A DNA stretch of 64,000 bases, taken from contig NMRA01000042.1 in NCBI GenBank assembly GCA_002633005.1, forward strand, positions 308,838-372,837. The letters are read 5' to 3'. The notes beneath the pieces are model-generated. The model was not told the DNA's origin. It did no database searches and was given only the letters and a program-made list of their open reading frames with translations. Made by a program: the position numbers and the translations under genes. Below are positions 27,801-39,800 of this stretch, one piece after another. The stretch's first letter is position 1. Every line of letters starts with the position of its first letter. This DNA is from Phoronis australis (taxonomy: Eukaryota; Animalia; Phoronida).

Positions 27801-30800
27801 GACCGAAACTCCCAACATTCTATCAGCAGACGAGTATCGGACATTTTGGCTTACGTGGAGAGACGGTCTGTTGGAGGTATGGTGATATAAGTTAACATAA
27901 ATGCAAAGGGATTTCACCACTAATTCGTTCGGCCACGTGATATTGCAAAGTTATACCAGTAGCACATCCTTTTACAAACAAAACCGTTGCAGTAAGGTTT
28001 CTTCAAATTTCTACACAATATTACGGAACAGTGAAATGTTGATTAATGAAAAATTTCGACAAAAACAAACAGTAAAGTACGGAGATTCTAAAGGAACATG
28101 ATGCGAAAAAAAATTTCAAGATTTTGCATTCCCTCCCAAATGTATTGCAAGTGAACCAAAAAATTTTACGACGGAACGCAAAAATTTTGCGAGGGAACGT
28201 AAAATTTTTGCGACGAAACGCAACAAATTTGCGAGGGAGCGCAAAAAAAATTGAGAGGGAACGCAAAAATTTTGATTTTTTTCGCATCGCTTTTGAAAAT
28301 GGAAAATGACCATTTCGGCAATTCTTTTTGATCGAATTTCAGGCGAATTTTCCGCACTCAGCGAAAACATATCCTCATTGAGTCACACAGTGGATAAAAT
28401 GATTCAAGATGGCCTGTCTTTTTTATAGGTGTTACCTCAAGCGTTAGACACACTCGCTGATTTCGCAAACTATGCATGGAGTTTTCATACTTGATCCAAA
28501 CTTTGAAGAGTTGGCTAAGGCAGATGAGCAGGATTTTATTTCGCACATTTAATGTAGAAAATAAGTGTTTAGTAATATCCAGAAAAAAAGAAAATTCGTG
28601 AAAGCAATTCTTGCTGGTGATCAATTTGTGATCTGTAATTCTTACAAAATTATTACGTTTTAGGTTGGAAAGGGAGGCACATCCTTGAACGGTACTCAAA
28701 TCCTTTCGTGGCGGAGTCCCACGACAATTATCGTGAAATATATTGGTGTTTCAACGAATATTTCATCAGTAGGACGTGTAAAGTTATGGAAAAAGGGTAA
28801 ACACTGTTATAGATTTCCTGGTGAACTCGAGTTACGACATACTTGTGAACACGAGTCACGATTTACTTGTGAATACGAGTCACGACTTATTTGTGAACAC
28901 GATTCACGGCTTACTTGTGAACACGATTCACGGCTTAATTGTGAACACGAGTCACGACTTACTTGTGAACACGATTCACGACTTACTTGTGAACACGAGT
29001 CACGACTTACTTGTGAACACGAGTTGCGACTTACTAATCATACAATGAAAATGCAACAATCCTCAAAAGACTTAAGATCGTAGCAAACGTCTCACTTCGT
29101 CAAAGTCATATAGAAAATCAAGAAGAACATGCCGACACGAAATTTGCCGATATGTGTAAAATATTATTAGATTTTTAGAAATTTACAGCAGAAAATGGTT
29201 TTAACTTACTGATTGGTCATACCTTTTGAATACAAAATTCCCACAAGGCAAATGTGTCACAAAACTGTGAAGAATTTGTGAAACGTTCATTTATGTAAAT
29301 GCTCGTTTTCAGAAACTGCTGGTATGTATGGAGAGGTGGTTCACTTGAGTATCCCAGAATCTGTCATAGTGGATTCAACAACTGCTTCCGTAAGGATCAT
29401 AGGTATGTTACAATAGTGAGTATGAAATATGTAGAGAATCCTACACGAGTCTCAGGTTTATAACATGGCCAAAACCTCGGCAAGCCTCGGGATTTTGACG
29501 AAATTTCCAAGAAGTTTTTCCCACGTCATAAGTCTGAGACGAGTGCAGGATTAGTTTTCTCACATGAACCGTAAAAATGATCTTATTTGCTGAAAAACTC
29601 GACGTATCTAAAACTTTCAACCACACGGCGCAAGTTTTGTAAAAACACTATTGCGCAATGTAAAGTAATGCAGTTACTTTTTGTTAATAGGCTTATTTTA
29701 AGCTTAACAATTGTAAATTGCATTAAGCTTTCGTAGCAAATATTCAAGTTAGAATCTAATAAATAGTCTTTGAAGTTGTAATATTAAAACTTAAAAATAT
29801 TTATAAATAACAATCAGCAAGGCTTCCCCGCACGTGAGCACTGAATTGACCTTGAGACAGCATTGAGACAGTCTCGACGCGTTTCTTGAGTTGGGGCTCG
29901 TCTCCATTTGAATGAACGTGGATAAGGAGTTGGCCGCCGAAGATAGGTCCGTTTAAGAAGTTGTTTGCATGTCCTTCCGACTGGAAGTACACACAGTTGC
30001 GACACCTGATTTGTCAGTCATAACCTTCTTGTCACCTTTTAGGAATTCCGGCAATGTTTGGTTGGCGCGCGTTTGGTTGTTTTAGTATTTTGCAGACGAT
30101 AAAATGTAAGGCGTATAGATTTCTACTTTGCACTACTTTGTGATTTGCCCATTTAATATAAAAAAATACGTACATATAGATTATTACATGGCGAAGTCGT
30201 TATCCCCCGTTATCCAGAGCCCGAGTGGATTTTGGAGAATTATCGCCCGAGGGGCGTTAGCCCCGAGGGTGATAATTCGTTTTTTGAGACCGAAAAACAC
30301 AATTTTATGATCATTGTTCTCTGGGATGGACTTTTTAAAGTTACTACTTTAATAAGAGCTACAAAACAACAAAATCCGTTGTGTGTTTATAATTTTATCA
30401 CAAATCGCTAACTCTCGCTGACCTCTGCCGGACATTCTGTGAAATCAAGGCAGATGAGTTTACCAGTTACGCTTAGAATATTCTGTCATTTATCGGCTGT
30501 GATGTAGCTCGTCAGTACAGTGTTTGGCTGAGACTGTGAAGTTTTCAGCTCCGCGATGGGCTGATTTCCGGCAGTCACTGTTTTCGCCGATAATGTCACT
30601 TAAAAGGGAACTGTATTTTATTCTGAATAAATTCTGGATAGTTTTCTATGAATTGGTGATTAATTTCACAAATAATTCAACACCAAAAATTAAACTTATG
30701 TTCTCTAACGAAGCTCAAAAAATTACCGGCTTGGAGCGCTGCTTAGTCTCGTGACGTATTTGGCGGGGGCAAAGTCACTGTCCTGTGTTAGCGTGCAATC

Positions 30801-33800
30801 AAGTAGCGTTTTTTATATTGTCGGAATAAGAAATTTTAGTGTGAAATTTCGGGTCACAAGGGATACCTGTTTGAGCCAAGGCAACACAAAGTGATACCTA
30901 GTCATCGTCATCGTCAGACGAAAATTTGCCGGTGTAACTGGTGTCAGTGACTGTGCCGAGGGCAATNGAGTCACGACTTATTTGTGAACACGAGTCACGA
31001 CTTACTTGTGAACACGAGTCGCGACTTACTTGTGAACAGGAGTCACGACTTACTTGTGAACACGAGTCACGACTTACTTGTGAACACGAGTTGCGACTTA
31101 CTAATCATACAATGAAAATGCAACAATCCTCAAAAGACTTAAGATCGTAGCAAAGGTCTCACTTCGTCAAAGTCACATAGAAAATCAAGAAGAACATGCC
31201 GACACGAAATTTGCCGATATGTGTAAAATATTATTAGATTTTTAGAAATTTACAACAGAAAATGGTTTTAACTTACTGATTGGTCATACCTTTTGAATAC
31301 AAAATTCCCACAAGGCAAATGTGTCACAAAACTGTGAAGAATTTGTGAAACGTTCATTTATGTAAATGTTCGTTTTCAGAAACTGCTGGTATGTATGGAG
31401 AGGTGGTTCACTTGAGTATCCCAGAATCTGTCATAGTGGATTCAACAACTGCTTCCGTAAGGATCATAGGTATGTTACAATAGTGAGTATGAAATATGTA
31501 GAGAATCCTACACGACTCTCAGGTTTATAACATGGCCAAAACCTCGTGGAAATTTCGTCAAAATCCCGAGGCTTGCCAAGGGATTTTGACGAAATTTCCA
31601 AGAAGTTTTGCCCACGTCATAAGTCTGAGACGAGTGTAGGATTAGTTTTCTCACATGAACCGTAAAAACGATCTTATTTGCTGAAAAACTCGACGTATCT
31701 AAAACTTTCAACCACACGGCGCAAGTTTTGTAAAAACACGCTTGCGCAATGTAAATTAATGCAGTTACTTTTTGTTAATAGGCTTATTTTAAGCTTAACA
31801 ATTGTAAATTGCATTAAGCTCTCGTAGCAAATATTCAAGTTAGAATCTAATAAATAGTCTTTGAAGTTGTAATATTAAAACTTAAAAATATTTATAAATA
31901 ACAATCAGCAAGGCTTCCCCGCACGTGAGGACCGAATTGACCTTGAGACAGCATTGAGACAGTCTCGACGCGTTTCTTTAGTTGGGGCTCGTCTCCATTT
32001 GAATGAACGTGGATAAGGAATTGGCCGCCGAAGATAGGTCCGTTTAAGAAGTTGTTTGCATGTCCTTCCGACTGGAAGTACACACAGTTGCGACACCTGA
32101 TTTGTCAGTCATAACCTTCTTGTCACCTTTTAGGAATTCCGGCAATGTTTGGTTGGCGCACCTTTGGTTGTTTTAGTATCTTGCAGACGATAAAATGTAA
32201 GGCGTATAGATTTCTACTTTGCACTACTTTGTGATTTGCCCATGTAATATCAAAAAATACGTACATATAGATTATTACATGGCGAAGTCGTTATCCCCCG
32301 TTATCTAGAGCCCGAGTGGATTTTGGAGAATTATCGCCCGAGGGGCGTTAGCCCCGAGGGTGATAATTCGTTTTTTGAGACCGAAAAACACAATTTTATG
32401 ATTATTGTTCTCTGGGATGGACTTTTTAAAGTTGCTACTTTAATAAGAACTACAAAACAACAAAATCCGTCGTGTGTTTATAATTTTATCACAAATCGCT
32501 AACTCTCGCTGACCTCTGCCGGACATTCTGTGAAATCAAGGCAGATGAGTTTACCAGTTACGCTTAGAATATTCTGTCATTTATCGGCTGTGATGTAGCT
32601 CGTCAGTACAGTGTTTGGCTGAGACTGTGAAGTTTTCAGGTACGCGATGGGCTGATTTCCGGCAGTCACTGTTTTCGCCGATAATGTCACTTAAGGGCTG
32701 TATAACAAGTTAAAAGAATGTCAAAATTTTTCAGCAGAGTTTGCTCAATATTGAATAAGTATGTTAAAATTAGCACGTTATTGTAAGCAAACCTCTCTGA
32801 AAGTGTACAGTAAATATGTATGAACATCCATTCGAAGGAATACGAAAGGAAAGTTACCGGATCGGATTTTTTCAACAGGTGACGTTTTGGGACCTTCTCT
32901 CTACAACTTGGACAGGCTGCTTAGACTGCCCTCTGGTTGTGGCGAACAGAATCTTGTAAGATTTGCACCAGCCGTATTTATTCTGAGGTATTTAAACGCA
33001 ACAAACAGCCAAACAGACAGAGTAAAAGAAGACGCCAAACGTTTAATAATTCAAGGTAAACAACATTTGGAAACTTTATCGACAATTGTTCATTAATACA
33101 ATGCATATCACGAATTTTCTTTAAACTGCAAGCCATGCCCTATCAATGGTCAAAATTGTCAATTTCAAATTACTTGTTCTCTTGTTTACTGTACCTGAGC
33201 AGCCCCGTAGCGCCCTTCCCTCGCTTTCGCCAATTTCGCATACCCCCGCCATAGGCGTGCGGACTTTGCAGGGGTGCGAACTTTGCTAGCGTGTAAAATT
33301 TTCTTGCGTGCGGACTTTGCAGCGTATGGGCTGACCTCGGAAACCTGGATTCACGTGTTTCAATAAAAGTTAACGAGAAATGTCTCTTTTAACACCTGGA
33401 CACGTTACTCCCGTTACATGTTCAGGGTATGAATTTGATGTTTAAGGTAGTGTTTCATGAACTTCTCTTTTTAGGGTGCCAAAAAGATGTAGCATCAATG
33501 TCACTCTTTAGGGGGTAGCAAAGTAATAAAAGAAACTCTTAATATGTGCTGCGAAATCCGGAGAAATGTGGCTGATGTAGCATCCCGTTGGAATCGAGTA
33601 GACGGAACATCGTCTCGAAAACTGTAGTTATAGTTCCGTCTATTTTAAAGAGTGATCATGTGACCTAAGGTGGTCAAGATTCGCTTTATCAGGGTACAGT
33701 TTGGGAAAAGTTCACTTCATTAGCTAGAGTCACTTCGAAAAGATGCGCTTCCAGAGACTCTTTTGGGCTTTTTCAAATTCCTAACTGAAACGCGGGTATC

Positions 33801-36800
33801 CGATTTTCTAGTGGATGCCCCCCTCGGTGGTGCAAATAACCGAATATTTCACTAACCTAAGTCAAAATTCACCTAAACATCAATTTCTTTGAGGGTTATT
33901 TCAGATTAGCAAAATTATCTAATGCACTTTGCAATTTGAGGATCAAATGTTAGCGATCGTTCGCGAATTTTTGTTTTCATCTAAGTTCACTGAAACATCA
34001 TCAGTTTTTACAAGTTTGGCGTATATGGCAAAAATCGTCTGTGAATAAGTCCATTTTAGATATTGATCTTGTAAACCAGAAGCCAATGAATACTTGCAGC
34101 TTACCAGACAGAGGAAAATAATTTCAATTTCGATTTGAATCGTATAAATTATCACATCCACATTTTGTGATCTAGGTTATCAAAGGCAATTGACGTACCG
34201 ACGACACGACGGGTCTTACAGCGCCTTTGGTGGCATTGACTACGAAGGAAGTACGTGGTTATCGGCATTTGTGCTCAAAACATATTCTCAAGCCAGACAG
34301 TTTGTTTTCGTCGACCCTGAGGAGATATTACTGACAAAGCGGTGGATCATGTCGCAGCAAAGAAGTGACGGGTCCTTTCCAAGAAAGGGGAGACTAATAA
34401 ACAAAGATTTACAAGGCGGTGTTCGTGGCAGAATAGCGTTAACAGCCTACGTACTCACGTCGCTCCTGGAATCCGGAGTGGAGACAGACATTGAAGAGGA
34501 GTCGGTTCACAGAGCAACGGAATTCCTCGAGAAGAAATCCCGTGTGATTTCGGATGCTTATACAGCATCGTTGACGGCTTATGCTTTATCAATGGTGAAG
34601 AGTAGTTACGTCATCGCTATACTGAGAGTTCTGAACCAGATAAAGATAGAAAAGGATGGAATTAGTTATTGGAAAGTGTCAGGGAGATCACTGCAAGAGG
34701 AGGTCATTATGGGGCTTGGAAGCCAGTTCAAGAGGACCGGTAGGACCTTAAATAAAGTTTGTTATAAAATAAACACTGTAAATGCTTTTTCTTTCGAAAA
34801 ACAATCATACGTATCTTACTTTTCAACTACATCATACAGAGCACTATTGCTTATCCAAAAACTCAAGAAGTCTGCGCAATGTTTTATAACCCAAGTCCAT
34901 TTTGAACGTTACAGTTTCCTCAGCCCAAGTCGAGGTGGCTTCGTATGCACTGATGACGTACATAACTCGAAGAGACATGACGTCAGCTCTTTCTGTTGTG
35001 AAGTGGCTCTCCCTTCAGAGAAATGACCTTGGAGGCTTTGCTTCCACTCATGTGCGTATTGACGTCTATAAATAAACGTGCTTACATTTTTGCAAAATAA
35101 CAGTTCTCTAACAATTCTGGATGTATAAATTCTTTACTGCATATTAACATACACACATCTTGATTTATTTCAAATAATTTAGTCGTAATATGTAATAAAC
35201 CAGTTGCGACTTTCCAAGTGGGAGAAAATCGCCATCTTGTTGCTTAACTTAGCGTAAGGTTTATAACGCTACACGTGGAAAACCTCAAGAGAATTCCTGC
35301 AGTACAGTAACAGGTTAAGAGCATGACGTCAAGAGAATTGTGGCACCGATCCACCTTGTTTCTCATCTCGCAAAAGGTCTATTGGTAATAGCAATATTGC
35401 AAGTTGTTTCCTTCAGGCGATTCAAACGTTTATTCAATGTGTTTGTGCTGCCATTGCATTGGATTATAAAATACTCCGAGACTGTGTCTTCGTCCGTATT
35501 TCATTAATGTTTGAATTTCAGGATACATGTACAGCGCTAGACGCTTTGTCGAAATATGCATCTGTTGTCGGCAGACGAGGTACTGACTTGACAGTAACCA
35601 TGGCCACCACAAACTTGGATTTTCAAGAAAAGGTCATCGTCAATAGAGAGAACCAAGACGTTCTCCAAACAGCTGTTATACCTTCGTTACCAACCGCTCT
35701 ATTTGTTAGTGCAGTTGGAGATGGCTGTGCTCTTCTGCAGGTAAATTACGCCAATCCGGCTACTTGCGACACACCGTAAAAAATACAGTCTCCTGTGGCC
35801 ATCAAGTTCGAACGTTACCACCACTAAGCTTCAATATTAGTTCTTCATTATTCTGTATATCCAAACATCTACTCTGTTCATGGACATGAGCTGTCTTACA
35901 ACATCTCTTGTGGCGCTTTTTATTGCCCATCTTACCAGAGGTTACCTATTATACGTTATTTACCTGTCTTCATTTTATTGTAATTGTACTAGTCATAATA
36001 AATGACCTTATATCGCCTACCTCGGTCTCCTTTTCATCTCTGGTAACGAGCTTGCGACGCACGTATCATTTATCTATTATTCGGAACATATGTCGATCAT
36101 AAATGGTATTTCACTCGTTAAATATATTTATGTGAGCATATGGACCCACCTTACTCCTTTTCCCTCTCATCGCGGTCTATTCCATTATTCCCTTGTGTAG
36201 GACTACACGTCGTTTTTCCAGCATTCGCATTGCTCTACTGTTATCACGTGCCTCGAGTTTGGTCAGCTCTTTGCTCTTATAGGCTGATCATTGTCACTTG
36301 TCTTTAGGGGCGTGTTTCTTTGTTATTGTAACCTCGATTTCAGTTCACTTTGTTCCGGCCACGTTGTACGTCAAAAACTCATTCAATTTTCCCACCCTTT
36401 TCCTCCCAGTTTTCGTCATTCTCTCGTACTTCCACGTGGCCGGCGCTTTTTATTGCCCATCTTACCAGAGATTACCTATTATACGTTATTTACCTGTATT
36501 CATTTTATTGCAGTTGTACTAGTCATAATAAATGACCTTATATCGTCTACCTCGGTCTCCTTTTCATCTCTGGTAACGAGCTTGCGATGCACGTATCATT
36601 TATCTATTATTCGGGACATATGTCGATCATAAATTATATTTTCTACACAGGCTTAATGTGGTATTATATAATTCTATACAGACTGTTACTTGCTATTTTT
36701 GTCTGTCAGACTTCCAAACCTAGTGACTTGGGAAGTACATCTTTAGCGCTACTAATCACTTTCACCTTCTTACACGTTGCTATGGTGATTTCAGGTAGCA

Positions 36801-39800
36801 GTTAAATACAACATTATCAAGAAAAGTGAAGCGCCTAGCTTCAAGCTTGATGTTCGACTCTTCAAAGCGGAACTCGTTGGGACTGTCACCTCTGAATCGA
36901 AAGTTGGTAGTATTGAGCCAGAGAAGGTCACGCTAGAAGTGTGCGCTAGGTAAATTCGGATTTCATCTTTAGTAGTCTTTCATATGATTGAAATACATAT
37001 CTCCCAAAGCGATATTTCGCAGTTGTGAAGACTGAACTCGCCGATTTTGGAGTGTAACACGATTTGCGATGAAATATCTGATTGCAGACATAATCGAAAA
37101 CCCTAGTTGCTTCATCCTGTCGTCACTTCAGCAAAAATCGAAAATGCGTGAAACGTCGTTGTTTACACTTCAAGTGATAATGTGTTATGCAACCTTTTCC
37201 TCAATTTCATTGGTCAGCAGTACTAGTCCAAAACACTCAAAATTTATTACACGTGTCACGACTACTACCATTTAGTGCTATCATTCACACACGTATATTT
37301 ATACTTATCGTAGTTAATCACGAATTGCTCTAAATCAGTATGACGCCCCTCATGGTATCCTGTTGCAGGTGGATGCATGCCGGAAGTTCCAACATGGCTG
37401 TGATCGATGTCACCTTGGCAACTGGACTGGTTCCTGACACACAAAGTCTCGAGAAGTTGTTGCAGAACGACAAATTAAAACTGAAGCGATATGATGTAAA
37501 AAATGGCCACGTTTACTTTTATTTTGACGAGGTTAGTCATTATAACATCGAAATCTTCTGTTAGGGCAAGTAGAGGAACTGCAGAGGTTTTTCATCGCTT
37601 CAGACAAGTTAGCTCTCAAAATAGTCGCCAATATTCAATGGCTGCTTTTATTCACTTCGTTAGTCCAGCCTGAGTTGTTCCAGAGAGTCGAAAGAAGCTA
37701 GTGTGGTCACGTGCTTCACTTGTAACACATGACGATATCTTGCGAAGTCTTGCATGATCTTGCGTTTTCGTGGGGTTCTCACGTCGTCGGGTCAACAGGT
37801 TCCAGATGTCAAATTCTGGCTTACAAACCAATCTGATGTCGATTGACTCGACTAAATAGGCAAAGTGAATCAAGTGTAACCAATGTGAAATTTACTTATT
37901 TACATTCCAATAAGCTCTACAAAAATCAAGACTGGTTAATATGTTTTCACAGATTCCCAACGGCTGTTTGACGTGTACGCACTTTGATGCCATCCCAGAA
38001 TTTATTATCGGCTCCGTTCGAAATGCTCCAGTAACAGTGTACGACTATTACGAACCAGGTGAGTTGCTAAAAAATCTCCAGAAGATAACAATGTGAAACT
38101 GAACTTCATAATTTGCTTAATTATATAACAAAAAGCAGATTTTCTGTTCATCTTTCTGAATAAACCAACTGATATAGATAAGGAATCACCAGCTTTGCTA
38201 ACGAGTGCTTTTTGTCTGAGCTACCCATGTTTAGACCCCATTGTGTATTTGTATCTCCACGTGAGATTCTTTGACGTCGTTGATAGACGTCATCATTCTA
38301 CTTCAAGCGAAAATTCTACTACCTTGAGGGTGATCGTTGCTTCCACAAGATATTTGGAGCACTACCAGCAATGTACCAGCGGCACTAACGGCACCAACGG
38401 CACCATGGCCAGTAACATCTAGTGCTTAGCAATCACAGTGATGATTGTGGCACTAATGTATCATCCCCACACCACTAGATATCCACCACCACAACATATC
38501 TCTACTATCACACTATCACCTCAACACACCACCACTACCAACGCTGCCTCCACCATACCACCACCACCAGCAGCACCACCACCACAACAACATTAACATA
38601 CCAACGCTGCCCCAACATCACCCGCACCACCCCCACCACCATCACTACACAACGACAATAGCCAACCACCAGCACCTTCACTGCATCCGTCACATCCTTT
38701 TCTTGACAAAGTGTTACTCACTATACGTCAGACACTGCTCTCTGTTCTTGCTTCAGCTTATCGTTCCACGACGTTTTACAATGTAAATGATGTTTCCTGC
38801 CGTGGAGAAGATTGTCCAGCGTCATCAACAGCAGGTGCGTTGTACAACGTGAGCTCTTAAAGACCTAACCCTATTTCCTAGTTCACACAATTCATTTCAG
38901 ATTGAGATGGTTCCTAAGTCAGACTAAATACAGTCAATACAAAAACTTTGTCAGTATTAGGTTCACGTTCAGTTCAGAGTAAACTGTAAAACTGAAAGGA
39001 AGAATTGGAAGAACAGACACCATGTGAACTAAATATCTAAAGTCATATGGAGCTGTATTCCATAAGGCTAGATTGTTGCGGGTTTGGCGAGATCTCGCGA
39101 ATCTTCACGGGATAGCGCTATGTGTGATCTCCCTAAACTTCGTTTGCTACTATGGTGCATCACGGAACTGGTTGTAGCCTACACCTTAGCTGCTGATCTG
39201 CTAATTACAAAATTAATCAAAAAAAATGAGAGATAAAATTTGACCACAGAATTGCAAAAGTGCGAATGTTACTCTGACTGCCGTCGTCAAGGAAATGGTA
39301 TTCCAGTGCTCGGGTCCGATGGCGTCCTGTATGACAATCTATGTGAATTGAAAGTGGCGGCTTGCCAACAGAATAGAAAATTGGACTGGTTTCCAGTGGA
39401 AACAAATGGTAAGTTCAAGGTCGTGACCTAATAATTCCTTTTAAAGCATATGGGGCTGAGGCTACAGCTCCCACTTAGTGCTGCGCCGCCCATGGTCTGT
39501 AGGCGGTGCACCACAGGGGGATGGGGGCTGTAGCCCCACTTTTTTCAGTGCTGCGCCGCTCTTGTCGTGACACGATTTTTCATGATTTTTTATCATCGAC
39601 TAGCGTACACGATGCTATTTTTTTAACGGCGACGAAAAGTGTGATGTCACCTTCCTGAGGCAGTCCGGGACATTTCAGCGTCTTTGTTCGCACTCTTCCA
39701 ACGTCTCTATGCCCGAGGAGATTATATTGGGTAAAAAGTTGTAACTGGGAAATCATCAGTTAATTTCTATTTTAGTAAAGAAGCGTGCTTGATAGGCTAA

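Noticed and set aside
34740-35026. C-terminal part of the 278-aa ORF
   Set aside because: Read-through of a 175-nt intron and out-of-frame exon 27; homology continues in another frame
38380-38690. Mucin-like Thr/Pro/His exon candidate
   Set aside because: No clean splice sites; flanking exons join directly with conserved YYEP-AY..TTFYN
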